Assembly (NCBI GenBank): GCA_964513145.1
Contig: CAZELK010000002.1
Location: forward strand, 18,413-82,412
DNA length: 64,000 bases
From: Candidatus Woesearchaeota archaeon
GTDB taxonomy: Archaea; Nanobdellota; Nanobdellia; SCGC-AAA011-G17; JACPIM01
Direction of reading: 5' to 3'
Position numbers and translations under genes: made by a program. Below, piece after piece: positions 21,784-32,107 of this stretch (positions are counted from its first letter, which is position 1; each line of letters opens with the position of its first letter). The notes beneath the pieces were generated by a model that did not search any database, was not told the origin of the DNA, and worked only from the letters and a program-made list of their open reading frames with translations.

Positions 21784-22626
21784 TTATTCCCTATTGATAA
21801 TATAGAAAATTTCATTTTCAGTGTCAAGTCTTTCATAATTTAAATTTATTTTACCCAATAAATTTACAAACCATTTCCTTTCTATGTTTCTCATATTTTT
21901 CAAAGAAATAGTTTTTTTAGAAAAACTTACAACTAAGTATTTGCAGTTTATATTGTCAATTAAATTATTGAAGAAAATTATCCTCTTATTGGCCAGATCT
22001 AAAAACTTAAATAAAAAACATACATCTGCTTTTTCATAATTAAAATAATCAACTATATTTCTAACTCTCGCCTTGCCGAAAATTCCGAATTTGGAAACTT
22101 CCTTAAAATAATTGTTTAAAAAATCAACATCACTCTTGCTTATATCATATGCAAAATAATTTCCTTTAAATTGGCTTAATATAATTGAACATGGATTCAA
22201 GCCGCAAGCCAGATCTAATATTGATTTAGGCTTTCCAGTAATATTGAAAATAAGATTATAAACTTTTGAATAATTCTCAAGTCTTTCTCTTGAAGAAGTG
22301 TGCAGTTTTAAAATCTCTTTGGATAGCTTTTTTATTGCGTCTAAATTTTCTGTTTTTTGTAATTCTACTAGCAACTTATTTTTCTTAGATTGTTTCTTTA
22401 TTTGAAAAACCCCATAATTTTTATACAATTGCTTTCTGATTTCTTTAGTTAATTGTTTAAATTTTTTATTCTTAATAATTAAATCTAAATCTTTTTTAAA
22501 AAGTCCATTAAAATAATCATTTTTTAAGTATTTGGATAAAATAGTTGATACATAAGAATCATCAATCCCAAAATTTTTCTTTCCCTTAATCAAAAAAATT
22601 AACTTCTGAATCTTGTTTTTCTTCAT
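21784..22626 (-). CDS. hypothetical protein with Rossmann-like methyltransferase motif (ILDLACGLNP)
   Basis: 280 aa; motif I-like segment in the C-terminal half. Confidence 0.35.
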   Translation of the reverse strand: MKKNKIQKLIFLIKGKKNFGIDDSYVSTILSKYLKNDYFNGLFKKDLDLIIKNKKFKQLTKEIRKQLYKNYGVFQIKKQSKKNKLLVELQKTENLDAIKKLSKEILKLHTSSRERLENYSKVYNLIFNITGKPKSILDLACGLNPCSIILSQFKGNYFAYDISKSDVDFLNNYFKEVSKFGIFGKARVRNIVDYFNYEKADVCFLFKFLDLANKRIIFFNNLIDNINCKYLVVSFSKKTISLKNMRNIERKWFVNLLGKINLNYERLDTENEIFYIINRE

Positions 22627-22945
22627 TTAATCTAAAACAAACAGTAACCCTATAAATATCCTTGCTTGACATCTTGTCTCTGGTATGCAGTTTTCTGCTT
22701 AAAATTAATTTGCCTTTAAAACTTCTCTTCAGCTTCTGTCCCAAAGCCCTGGCAAATCTCTGGTCACTCAAATAAATATCAACACCAGTTTTTAAATTAA
22801 TCTCTTTGGCAATAAAAACATTTTTTCTTTCTGAAATTCTATCTAAAACAAACTTATAGAGTTTTTCATCCCTGGGTCTTAGCTGTATAATAGCTTGAAA
22901 ATAACCATGATGTTTATCTGGATCATAATCTGACGCCTTGAGCAT
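22586..22945 (-). CDS. hypothetical protein in translation-factor operon
   Basis: 119 aa, basic, conserved-looking; overlaps neighbours. Confidence 0.35.
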   Translation of the reverse strand: MLKASDYDPDKHHGYFQAIIQLRPRDEKLYKFVLDRISERKNVFIAKEINLKTGVDIYLSDQRFARALGQKLKRSFKGKLILSRKLHTRDKMSSKDIYRVTVCFRLNEEKQDSEVNFFD

Positions 22946-23228
22946 GTGGTACTCCTTTTATTGTAATAATGCTGTCTTCATGTATAAGATGCAATTCTAA
23001 AGCCATGGCAACTATGTCCTTGCCAACAATATTAAAATTATCTGACTGTACTAAGACTTCTTTGGCTTTTTCACTATTTATTTTTTCTCCTTTATAAAAA
23101 TCTTCTTTAACATCAAAAAAAAGATCTCCTTCCTCAAAAGTTTTCCCCAAAATTCCTTCATCACAAATAGCTGCTACTTCTCTGCCTAATTTTTGATGAA
23201 TTTTAACAAAAAACATTTTTTCTTCCAT
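22923..23228 (-). CDS. hypothetical protein in translation-factor operon
   Basis: 101 aa ORF. Confidence 0.35.
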   Translation of the reverse strand: MEEKMFFVKIHQKLGREVAAICDEGILGKTFEEGDLFFDVKEDFYKGEKINSEKAKEVLVQSDNFNIVGKDIVAMALELHLIHEDSIITIKGVPHAQGVRL

Positions 23229-23260
23229 TTTAGATTAGGAGTTGATAAGAACCTTGGTTC

Positions 23261-23692
23261 TTATATTTTGGCTGTGACAGAATGCTTTGCTCCGCAAGCA
23301 CTACACCTTAGAAATAAAAATCGGTCTTCTTTAATTAATTTCGTGTCAGGTTTGCCGCATTCTTTGCATAAAACAAAATTCTTGGCAAATTGTTCTATTC
23401 TTTGGTTAATAAAATTAGAATTTAATTTTCTTCCAAAAATTAATCTTTGCCCGTCAATTTGTGCAGGCGTAGCTAATTCTTTTTGTAAATATTTTAGAAG
23501 CTGTGCAGGTTCTCTGCCAAATGTATTACATATAGCTATGAAGTTTGTAACTATAGTCTTGTTCCCTTCTACATGTCCAGTAACTGTCGGGATTTCAAAT
23601 CTCTCCTTTGTATTAACAATAGTTTTAGGAAGTTCATTTCTCGCTTTTTTCAATAATTCAACATATTCCATAAAAACTCTAAAGAAAAGCAC
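23261..23692 (-). CDS. eif2b: translation initiation factor aIF-2 beta subunit
   Basis: C4 zinc finger CKECGKPDT...CSACGA and conserved eIF2beta core. Confidence 0.85.
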   Translation of the reverse strand: MLFFRVFMEYVELLKKARNELPKTIVNTKERFEIPTVTGHVEGNKTIVTNFIAICNTFGREPAQLLKYLQKELATPAQIDGQRLIFGRKLNSNFINQRIEQFAKNFVLCKECGKPDTKLIKEDRFLFLRCSACGAKHSVTAKI

Positions 23693-23745
23693 TTTTTAAA
23701 GGTTTTTAATGCAAGGGCTTTGCACATAACAGTAATTTTTCAAAA

Positions 23746-24132
23746 TTATTCAGTTAGTATTAATCCAAATTCTTTTAATCTTTCAAAATGTTTTTTATTA
23801 TTAGTTAATAATTCTATATTATTATCGATGCAAATTGCAGCTATAAATATATCTTTTAACTCTAGTATCTGCCCTTTTAATTCTAGCTTTCTTAAAATAT
23901 CTCCTGCTAAAATAGATGATTCTTGATTAAACTCTAAAACATTAAGCCATTCAAAAAATTGGAAAATATCTTCTGAATTTTTTCTTCCATACCATAATTC
24001 AAAAGTATTTATAGAAGTAGTAAACAAATCAGCATCTAAATTCTGAATCATTTTAATAGTTTCATTTTGATTTCTTAATATATTAATTAATACATCAGAA
24101 TCTAGGCATACTTTTCTTGCCATTTCTTCCAC
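23746..24132 (-). CDS. vapC: PIN-domain ribonuclease (VapC-like toxin)
   Basis: KVCLDSDVLINIL N-terminus with the acidic residues of the PIN fold. Confidence 0.65.
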   Translation of the reverse strand: MEEMARKVCLDSDVLINILRNQNETIKMIQNLDADLFTTSINTFELWYGRKNSEDIFQFFEWLNVLEFNQESSILAGDILRKLELKGQILELKDIFIAAICIDNNIELLTNNKKHFERLKEFGLILTE

Positions 24133-24320
24133 ATCTTTTCCAGATTAGAAATTCTTTTGCTATCAATTCCGTCAGTTCCTGCAAAAGACAGAACCTTCTC
24201 CTTGTTAGTTTTGCTTTTATTTTCTATCATACTTCTAAGTAATTTTGAATAACTCTCATTTCCTTTCATTTTTTTAAGATTTTTGTAAACATCATCTGAT
24301 ACACTTATTAATTTTGACAT
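24102..24320 (-). CDS. putative VapB-like antitoxin
   Basis: 72 aa, overlaps the vapC start. Confidence 0.45.
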   Translation of the reverse strand: MSKLISVSDDVYKNLKKMKGNESYSKLLRSMIENKSKTNKEKVLSFAGTDGIDSKRISNLEKMWKKWQEKYA

Positions 24321-24356
24321 AAAAATATAAATATATACATATATATATAAATATTT

Positions 24357-27300
24357 CTAAATCTTGCTAATAAATCCAACTTTGGGCTGGAATATTTCTC
24401 CTTCCCTTTTCATTTTTTCAAGAACTTCATCTATAACACTTTCTTCCAAGCCTTTCTCCCTGCACACGCTGATTATATCGTTAACAGGAATAGTCTTAAT
24501 TCCATTTTTATCAAATTCATAAATAACTTCTCTTACTACAATTATTTTATTTCTTTGGCTTGTTGTAATTCCAGTAGCAAGAACATCAACATCAAGTTTT
24601 CCTGTTTGTGGGTCAATTCCAACTTGATATAAACATTTTTTCAAAATTCTGATTGCTCTTTTTGCATCGTCCTTTGTTATTTTATTGCTTAATCTTATTT
24701 TAGCAGAAGCCTCACTTAATCTTATCAAAGCTTCTAATTGTCTAGCACTAATTGGTATTGGTTTTACATCATCCTTACTGCTGCCAGAATTTCTAATACT
24801 AACATAAAAATTTCTAATTTCATCTTTTGCAACATCGCTCAATTTTGGAAAGACTTTATTTTTAGCATATGAAACATATTTTCTTAATAAACTTGGCTCT
24901 ATATCTGGTTCCATATTTCCTGTATTTCCATGAACATCTAAAATATGTGTAGCTATTTTAGCATCTAATTTTTCATCAGGTATATCTCTCATAGGAAAAA
25001 TTAAATCAAATCTATTAATCAAAGCAGGGGGTAAATTAATTTGTGCGGCAATTGGCTGATAAGGATCAAATCTTCCTAATTTTGGATTTGCAGCAGCTAA
25101 AGCGCTGACTCTTGTTAACAAAGTAGCTTGAATATTTGCTTTGCTAAAACTAATTTGCTGTTGTTCTAAACCTTCGTGCAAAGCGCTGGTATCATCTTCA
25201 TCCATTTTATCAAGTTCATCTAAAAAGATTGCTCCACCATTTGCTAAAGCCATTGCTCCGCCTTCCAAAGCCCATCCTTTTAAAAATTCATCTTTGACTA
25301 TTGCACCAGTCAATCCCGCAGCCGAAGCTGACTTACCAGAAACATATCTTGCTTTTGGTGCAACTTTAGACATATACATAAGTAAAGAAGAATTATGACA
25401 ATAAAAATTATTAGCAACAAAATTATGAACTTTATCAACAGTTAAATCATAAACAAATTCTTCTTCAGATTTTATTTTTTCTACAGATTGAATTTTATCC
25501 CAAAATATACTTGAGTAAGCTAAATAGTATAAACGAAGTATTCCTTGTTTCAAAGCAAAATCATTAACTATTCCTTTTATTAAACTTAAAAGAGATTCAT
25601 TAATATATGATTGTTGTACTGGCCTAATTTTTTCTAACTCATAATGTGAAATTAAAGTTTGGGAACAATTAACAGAATTCGCTAAAGTTGCTTGACTAGT
25701 GTATAGATCTTCTCTTAAGCTTTTTGAATCAAATTCTTGTTTTTTTAAAACTGAAATCAAATAAGAATATCGTTCACTTACAGCAGTTAAGATTTTTCTT
25801 AAAGAATTTCTCGAAGGATTTCTATCTCCTCTTTCAAAATGTTGGTAAGTGGTTCTAGGAATACCAAATTCAAACTGAGTTAATTTTAATTTTTTTCTTA
25901 CTGATTTAAGAATTTTAGGTAATCCAGGTATAACATCAATATTAGTATTATAAGTTTGATCAGGATTATTTATTGAATTAATCAATTTTCTTTGTTTTTC
26001 AGAAGAATTAAAACCTATCTTACTAGAATATTTTAAAACTTCTTTTCCAGATACAGTTAAAATCCAATAAGGTCTTTTTATTTTGGCTTTTGTATTAGTG
26101 GCACAGGCTATAGTTTTATGAGTTTGTGAAATAATATTAAACCTTAATAATAAAGTCTTTAAATCATAAATTAAATCCTTACTAGCAGAAGAAACTTTTA
26201 CCTCTCTTTTATCTTCCACAACAGTAGCTTCACCGTCAAAATAACTTTTTAAAAACTCTTTAACAATTGAGTTTGGAGATTTTTGAATTATTTTTGGTAC
26301 TTGTTTATGTTTAGCTCTCATAATTAAGCTAGGTTCTATTTTCTCAAAAAATCTTAAAAACTCAATTGATGAAACATCTAATTCAGAAGCAATTTTTCCT
26401 TTTCTAGGTTTTTTAAATCTAGGTTCAATATTAAAAATTTTTTTTACTAAGAAACTATAATCATCTAATAAAATTTTATCTTCATTAGTGAAAGCAGTTC
26501 GTCCAGTAGTTTCTTCATAATTCATATAAGTTTCTGAAGTTAAATATCCTAATAATCTTGCTAATTCAGGACTGCAAAATTTAGGAATTTTAATATGTGT
26601 ACCATTATGAGCTGAAGTTCTCTCTATATCAAAATCTATTTTTTGAAATTCTGTATTAAGTTTTAGATTTCTGGGGCTTGCAATAAAATCTCCTTTTTTT
26701 AATTCTTCACTTCTTTTAGAAAAAACAATTCCATTTTCAGTTAAAAACATCGGGTGTGTTGGAGAAACAGTAATCTCATTGCCAGTCTCAGTTATTATTT
26801 TATATAAAAATTCAGGAGCTTTTCTTTTCCAAACAGCATTGCATAAACCAGTATAATTTCTATAATCAAATCCTAAAGAAGATAAAGAAAAATTAGTTTT
26901 ATTAAAAACTCCATCATCACATTTCTCAAAATTATTTAAATTTTCATCAACTAAATATTTTATTTCTTTAATTGAACCATCTTTTAAAATAACTTTCGTA
27001 TCTCCTTTTACACACTTGGATGATCCTGGATCACCTACCAATAAAATATGTATATCTCCCCTGTTCCATGTGCCGTCTTTTCTTTCCTTCCTTACTCCAC
27101 CCATTAATTGCAATGATAAGGCTTCTTTAATATCAGCATGACCGTAAATTGATGGAGCAATACTTCCAATAAATTTATCATAAATTTTTGGATTCTTGCT
27201 TAAGGAAATAATTTTTTCTTCCTCTTCTTTGTCAATTATAAGCTCTTCAAAAGTTTCTTCAAGAGGTTCAATAAAATTAGAGTCCATCATCAAATCATAT

Positions 27301-28007
27301 TTTGTGCTTGCAGCTCCAGTTCTTAGTAAAATAGGAACTTCTTTTACAACTCCATTTACTCGTACTTTGCTTCCTGGGGTGGTTTTTCTTTCCATTATAG
27401 GCTCAACTAAATCTTCCTTTAAAAATATACTGAGTCTTTTTGGCTGTTCACCGCCTTGCAAACTATCAGGGCTTTCTTCAAGAACAAGTCTTTGTGCATC
27501 AACTAATTCTTTGCTCAATAATCTGAATCTCCCTTTTTTTCCACAAGTACATCTATAGGGTTCTTTAAATTTAGCATCTAATTGTAAAATAGAAATTGAA
27601 TTTCCACAACTAGGGCATTCAAACTTTGCGCTTGTAACTTGTGGTCTTACATCCGAAGCTTGTCTTACTATCCCTTCAATAATTAAAAATTGTCCTAAGT
27701 GTTCGCTTCTTACATCTTTAATTTTTATTTTTTGGTTTACAGGCAAATTAAAAAATCTAATTCTTAAATACCTGTCAATTTCAAAATTTTCTAATGATAA
27801 CTCAAAAGCCTTGATAGTTTCTTCAGGCTCATCCAATAATTGGTCAGCCAATTGGTGATCGTATTCTGCAAGCTTGGAGAAATCAATAAGTAAAAATTTT
27901 TTTCCAGTTAAAATAGCCTGGTTAATTTGATCTCTATAATTCTGATCTATAAAATCATTAAACTTCTCTACTTGCTCAATAACATCATTCACCAAATCTT
28001 CCCCCAA
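24357..28007 (-). CDS. mcm: MCM replicative helicase with an intein in the Walker A P-loop
   Basis: N-terminal Zn finger (CPSCG...CTCG) and AAA+ core. GDPGSSK-[intein]-SSLLMY..., arginine finger, C-terminal winged helix. Confidence 0.9.
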   Translation of the reverse strand: MGEDLVNDVIEQVEKFNDFIDQNYRDQINQAILTGKKFLLIDFSKLAEYDHQLADQLLDEPEETIKAFELSLENFEIDRYLRIRFFNLPVNQKIKIKDVRSEHLGQFLIIEGIVRQASDVRPQVTSAKFECPSCGNSISILQLDAKFKEPYRCTCGKKGRFRLLSKELVDAQRLVLEESPDSLQGGEQPKRLSIFLKEDLVEPIMERKTTPGSKVRVNGVVKEVPILLRTGAASTKYDLMMDSNFIEPLEETFEELIIDKEEEEKIISLSKNPKIYDKFIGSIAPSIYGHADIKEALSLQLMGGVRKERKDGTWNRGDIHILLVGDPGSSKCVKGDTKVILKDGSIKEIKYLVDENLNNFEKCDDGVFNKTNFSLSSLGFDYRNYTGLCNAVWKRKAPEFLYKIITETGNEITVSPTHPMFLTENGIVFSKRSEELKKGDFIASPRNLKLNTEFQKIDFDIERTSAHNGTHIKIPKFCSPELARLLGYLTSETYMNYEETTGRTAFTNEDKILLDDYSFLVKKIFNIEPRFKKPRKGKIASELDVSSIEFLRFFEKIEPSLIMRAKHKQVPKIIQKSPNSIVKEFLKSYFDGEATVVEDKREVKVSSASKDLIYDLKTLLLRFNIISQTHKTIACATNTKAKIKRPYWILTVSGKEVLKYSSKIGFNSSEKQRKLINSINNPDQTYNTNIDVIPGLPKILKSVRKKLKLTQFEFGIPRTTYQHFERGDRNPSRNSLRKILTAVSERYSYLISVLKKQEFDSKSLREDLYTSQATLANSVNCSQTLISHYELEKIRPVQQSYINESLLSLIKGIVNDFALKQGILRLYYLAYSSIFWDKIQSVEKIKSEEEFVYDLTVDKVHNFVANNFYCHNSSLLMYMSKVAPKARYVSGKSASAAGLTGAIVKDEFLKGWALEGGAMALANGGAIFLDELDKMDEDDTSALHEGLEQQQISFSKANIQATLLTRVSALAAANPKLGRFDPYQPIAAQINLPPALINRFDLIFPMRDIPDEKLDAKIATHILDVHGNTGNMEPDIEPSLLRKYVSYAKNKVFPKLSDVAKDEIRNFYVSIRNSGSSKDDVKPIPISARQLEALIRLSEASAKIRLSNKITKDDAKRAIRILKKCLYQVGIDPQTGKLDVDVLATGITTSQRNKIIVVREVIYEFDKNGIKTIPVNDIISVCREKGLEESVIDEVLEKMKREGEIFQPKVGFISKI
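25392..27014 (-). mobile_element. MCM P-loop intein (aa 332-872, 541 aa) with HTH and LAGLIDADG homing endonuclease
   Basis: Starts CVKGDTKVIL and ends NNFYCHN, followed by SSLL. Contains LARLLGYLTSETY (LAGLIDADG) and an HTH (LKLTQFEFGIPRTTYQHFERG). Confidence 0.8.
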
Positions 28008-28097
28008 TATATTAAATTACAATAGATAATTCACTTGTTTATATAATTTCTGTAAAGATTTTTATAATTACTGAAAATATTCCTAAGAAGTCGTAAA

Positions 28098-29030
28098 TTA
28101 TTCAAATTCCTTTGCAAAACTTTCTAAATCCATAAAATTCATTAGTGTGTCTCCTTTAGAAGATATAGACTCGAAAAACAACAAGCTGGCATAATTTTTA
28201 CTTAGTTTCTTCATCCATTTTCTTCCTATGCCAAAAGCTACAGAATGACCGACTAATTCATTTGCCAGCCTGTCTTCTAATAAAGGGTATCTTTCCATAT
28301 AATTTTTTAAATCTAAAGAATGTTTTTTAAATTCTTTTCCTGCATCAGTTAGTATCCAGTCTAAACCCTTTCCAGTTTTCTTTTGAACATTTGAAATTAT
28401 ATTTTTTACAAAATAATATACTATGACTGCAAAAATTAGTAAAGGTAATGTAAAAAAAGCTATTTGTGGAATAAATATAGATATTATAAAAAGAAAAATT
28501 AGTGATGCTATTATTGCCCATTTCGGGATTATTTTTATATTTTCAATATTTATTGGTTTATTGGAATTTTTAATTGAATATTTATCATAAGATTTAACTT
28601 TTAAATCAACTTTTAAACCCCTATGCTTATCAGAGAATTCTTTAATTGCATCTTTTATATGTTTTGTCATTTTTTTCTGGAAATCTTTATCAACAACGCC
28701 TTCAGTTATCATGCCATTTGTTATTATTTTTATTAATTCCTTGAATTTGGTACTATAGGCTATAATCCCCATTTCATCAAAAGTTAGTGATTCTTTACTG
28801 CCAAAAATTATTTTTATAAATTTATTTTCAAAATCTTTGGCTGGTTTTTTGTTTGTCATGATAATATGTTTGCCAACAACATTTAGATTTCCTTTTACAA
28901 TAAGATCCAGAATTGTGGCAGTAATTTCTCTGGGTCCAATAGACCAATCTACCAATACGCCAGAAAACCCAGGAGGAATTTTACTTAATTTGTGAAAATT
29001 TAAATTTGATATATCATGAGAATCAGTCAT
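28098..29030 (-). CDS. predicted membrane protein (DUF2207-like)
   Basis: 310 aa with 2 central TM segments. Confidence 0.4.
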   Translation of the reverse strand: MTDSHDISNLNFHKLSKIPPGFSGVLVDWSIGPREITATILDLIVKGNLNVVGKHIIMTNKKPAKDFENKFIKIIFGSKESLTFDEMGIIAYSTKFKELIKIITNGMITEGVVDKDFQKKMTKHIKDAIKEFSDKHRGLKVDLKVKSYDKYSIKNSNKPINIENIKIIPKWAIIASLIFLFIISIFIPQIAFFTLPLLIFAVIVYYFVKNIISNVQKKTGKGLDWILTDAGKEFKKHSLDLKNYMERYPLLEDRLANELVGHSVAFGIGRKWMKKLSKNYASLLFFESISSKGDTLMNFMDLESFAKEFE

Positions 29031-29043
29031 TTAATTTATATAT

Positions 29044-29601
29044 TTATTTTTTCTTGACAATTTTATTCAGATTTTTAACAAGCATGTCTACTGCTTCTCT
29101 TAATTTACCTTCGCTTCTTGTTCCTGTACAAACAATTTTTCCATTGCTAAATAATAAAAAAGTAGCCCTAGTTCCTTCCAATTTATAAACCAAGCCAGGA
29201 AACTGCTCTGGTTCATATTCAGTGTTTTCTAAATCCAAAGCCAAAGAATTTAAATTTAAATCCATGTGAATGCTTCCAGAAGCAACCATGTTCTGGACTT
29301 TAATTTGTGGAAAAGTTGTTATTCTTATTTTTATCTTTTCTATATTTTTAATAATAGCCTGGACAGCTAATTTAACCTTAGCCATTGACTTTGCGCCTGT
29401 ACAGACTATTTTTCCTGAACTAAAAATCAAGGCAGAAGTCTTAGGTTCTTTAATCCTCATTACCAATCCTGGAAATTGCTCAGGATTATATTCTGTATTA
29501 GGCAATGCCTCTGCTAATTTTATTAATGGGATATCATGCCCCAAAGAAGCTGAAGCCACTATATTCTGTATTTTTATTTCTTTTTTAGCCATTTTATTCA
29601 T
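29044..29601 (-). CDS. tbp: TATA-box binding protein
   Basis: Two direct TBP repeats (QNIVASASLG... / QNMVASGSIH...). Confidence 0.9.
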   Translation of the reverse strand: MNKMAKKEIKIQNIVASASLGHDIPLIKLAEALPNTEYNPEQFPGLVMRIKEPKTSALIFSSGKIVCTGAKSMAKVKLAVQAIIKNIEKIKIRITTFPQIKVQNMVASGSIHMDLNLNSLALDLENTEYEPEQFPGLVYKLEGTRATFLLFSNGKIVCTGTRSEGKLREAVDMLVKNLNKIVKKK

Positions 29602-29649
29602 TTATAAATAGCTGAAAAGATTTATAAACCTTCGCCAAAAAAATAACTT

Positions 29650-31005
29650 CTATAACCTCTTTATAACTGGTTCTTTTTTAGTATCCTCAATAATATAGCC
29701 TTCCCTTTTAATCAAGTCTCTTAATCTGTCAGATTCTTTGAAATTTTTTTTCTTTCTAGCTTCTTCTCTTTTTTTAACCAGTTCTTTGATTTCTCTCGGA
29801 ATTTCTAGTTTCTCAAAATCCAAAAACCCAAAAAAAGTATTTATTTCTTCAAAGAATTTTAGGACTTTTTTGCCTCCAGAATTAATTTTGTTCAAATCCC
29901 TAATTAAGTTAAAAACAACAGCCAAGGCATTGGGTGTATCTAAATCATCATCCATAAATTTAAAAAATTCTTTTTTATATTTTAACAAAAGTTTGTTTGA
30001 TTCTTTTGTATCTTTTCCATTCTTTAATTTCAAAATAAAATCCTGAATTCTTTGTAGGGAATTTTTAGCATCATTCATCAATTCTTCAGAATATTCAATT
30101 GAAGATCTGTAATTATGTGATAAATAAAAGTATCTTATTAATTTGAAATCATATTTTCCTAAAAAATCTCTCAAAGAAATAATATTGCCCAAAGATTTGG
30201 ACATTTTACTTTTTTTCATATTTAAAAAAGCAGTATGTACCCAGTACTTAACCAAGGGTTTTCCAGAAATAGCTTCCATCTGTGAAATTTCTGCTTCATG
30301 GTGCGGGAAAATTAAATCAACAGCCCCACCATGCATATCATATTGTGCGCCAAAAAAACTCTCAGTTATTGCAGTATCTTCTATATGCCAGCCAGGTCTT
30401 CCTTTAAAATTATCCATTTCCCAATATGGTTCATTTTCTTTCTTAAATTTCCATAAACAAAAATCCGCTTTATTTCTTTTTTCAGAATTTTCATCTATTC
30501 TCGAAACTCCATCCTCAGCTTCTTGAATTGTTCTTCTTGCTAATTTTCCATAATCTTTAAATTTAGTGACATCAAAGTAATATCCATCAGAAATCTTGTA
30601 AGCGTATCCATTTTCAATTAATCTTTTTACTTGTGACACAATTTGAGAAATATAGTTAGTCGCACTAGCATATTTAGTTACAGAATCTATATTTAGTTTT
30701 TTTATATCTTCAAAATAGGCTTTCTCATATTTTTCAGACAGTTGTTTCCAAGTTAGTTTTTCTTCCTTTGCTTTACTAATTATTTTATCATCTATATCGG
30801 TAATATTCTGCAGATAAAAGACATTATATTTTTTAAATCTTAAATATTTAACAATAAAATCAAATTGAGTATAAGTTTTTGCATTACCAATATGAATATA
30901 AGAATAAGTTGTTGGACCGCATACAAACATATTTATTTTTTTTCCATACAGTGGCTTAAAAACTTCTTTTTTTCTTGTTAAAGTGTTAAATAATTTTAAG
31001 ACCAT
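29650..31005 (-). CDS. cysS: cysteinyl-tRNA synthetase
   Basis: HIGN(A) class I motif, KMSKSLGN, and Zn-binding Cys of CysRS. Confidence 0.9.
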   Translation of the reverse strand: MVLKLFNTLTRKKEVFKPLYGKKINMFVCGPTTYSYIHIGNAKTYTQFDFIVKYLRFKKYNVFYLQNITDIDDKIISKAKEEKLTWKQLSEKYEKAYFEDIKKLNIDSVTKYASATNYISQIVSQVKRLIENGYAYKISDGYYFDVTKFKDYGKLARRTIQEAEDGVSRIDENSEKRNKADFCLWKFKKENEPYWEMDNFKGRPGWHIEDTAITESFFGAQYDMHGGAVDLIFPHHEAEISQMEAISGKPLVKYWVHTAFLNMKKSKMSKSLGNIISLRDFLGKYDFKLIRYFYLSHNYRSSIEYSEELMNDAKNSLQRIQDFILKLKNGKDTKESNKLLLKYKKEFFKFMDDDLDTPNALAVVFNLIRDLNKINSGGKKVLKFFEEINTFFGFLDFEKLEIPREIKELVKKREEARKKKNFKESDRLRDLIKREGYIIEDTKKEPVIKRL

Positions 31006-31039
31006 AAGAATAAAACCAATTACTTATTTATATTATTTT

Positions 31040-31579
31040 TTAATTAAAAAGACCCTGGTTTTTTACTACAGTAACAACCAAAGATTCAGAATTATCCCCT
31101 TTGATTGTAGGAACATCAATATTACATACTTTTACGCCCAAAGCTCCGCCCTTGTCCTTGACAATTAATTTTATGTCAACTTGTTTTCCAGATTGAAGCG
31201 GATATTCTTTGGATTCTGTTTTTAATGTATCAGCAAATAAGCATTCTAAGGTTTTGTCAGAACTAGTTACTCTAGCTTTGACATTTAAAGTAGTTTCTTC
31301 AAAATCAGTAACTATAAATTGCACAATTTGCGAAGATTCTTGTTCTAATTCAATAGATGGGGGGGAAACATATACTGTTTTGTCAACTTCCTTGAAAATG
31401 TCAGATATAGCCCCGTCAGCCTTTTCAAAAGCCCCTTGCGAGAGTCTGTTTATATTCTTAAAAGTCCCCCTAACCCAGATCAAGCCCAAACTCAATAAAG
31501 TAATACCTAAAATAATAACAATAATAGTAGTCATAGAAAGTTCTATTGCCCCTTTTTTTTGAAAACTCTTTTTTCGCAT
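31040..31579 (-). CDS. archaeal type IV pilin-like protein (class III signal peptide)
   Basis: N-terminal KKGAIELSMTTIIVIILGITLL: a basic stretch, G|A cleavage-like site, then a hydrophobic helix. Confidence 0.5.
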   Translation of the reverse strand: MRKKSFQKKGAIELSMTTIIVIILGITLLSLGLIWVRGTFKNINRLSQGAFEKADGAISDIFKEVDKTVYVSPPSIELEQESSQIVQFIVTDFEETTLNVKARVTSSDKTLECLFADTLKTESKEYPLQSGKQVDIKLIVKDKGGALGVKVCNIDVPTIKGDNSESLVVTVVKNQGLFN

Positions 31580-31687
31580 CTATTTATTGATAACTTAATA
31601 TATTAATAAAGTTTTCTTTCAAAATTGATTTTGTTTATTGTAAGTTTTTGACTAGACTTGAAACATTTTCTTTTGAAGAAAAGCTTA

Positions 31688-31811
31688 TGGGCCCGGAGTG
31701 ATTTGAACACCCGACATATACGGCTTCAGCGTATTGCTCTCCTTAGCCACTCTTCTTAGTTTTTTTGATTAAACTTTTTTCTAAAAAGTTTACAGGCTGA
31801 GCTACGGGCCC
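31688..31811 (-). tRNA. tRNA-Phe (anticodon GAA) with a ~50-nt intron in the D-loop
   Basis: Acceptor GGGCCCG/CGGGCCC; anticodon arm ATACG-CTGAAGC-CGTAT (G37 present); T arm GGGTG-TTCAAAT-CACTC. The D-arm GCTC-AGCCTG[insert]GGA-GAGC is interrupted. The insert carries the hairpin AAACTTTTT-AGA-AAAAAGTTT. Confidence 0.7.
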
Positions 31812-31897
31812 GAAAAGAAAAATTAGAAGAAGGTATTTAAAGATTTCCAAGAAGGTAACGTAAAATTTATATAGTATTTTATACTATAAAATATTGA

Positions 31898-32107
31898 ATG
31901 GTTCACTTCAAAGAGATAAAGGCAACAGAACACTATAAAAATGAACATGAAAGAGAAGTTCCATTTGACAAAGTTATTGAAATAATCTTGTCTACAAAAA
32001 ACCCAAGGAAAAAAGAAGATAAATTTGAAATTGAAAAAGAAGGTTACTATATATTGTTTGAAATACAAAACAATATTTTATATGTAATAAATGCCAAAAA
32101 AACTTAG
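31898..32107 (+). CDS. small RelE/ParE-like putative toxin
   Basis: 69 aa ending in the YYILFEIQNNILYVINAKK beta-strand pattern. Overlaps the downstream Zn-ribbon gene by 17 nt. Confidence 0.35.
   Translation: MVHFKEIKATEHYKNEHEREVPFDKVIEIILSTKNPRKKEDKFEIEKEGYYILFEIQNNILYVINAKKT

Noticed and set aside
25141-27558. Plus-strand ORFs 25141..25398 and 27196..27558 inside MCM
   Set aside because: Antisense to the MCM ORF; Ser/Leu-rich artefacts.
29006-30526. Plus-strand ORFs 29006..29188, 29270..29611, 29738..30046, 30143..30526
   Set aside because: Antisense to TBP and CysRS, both of which have unambiguous motifs.
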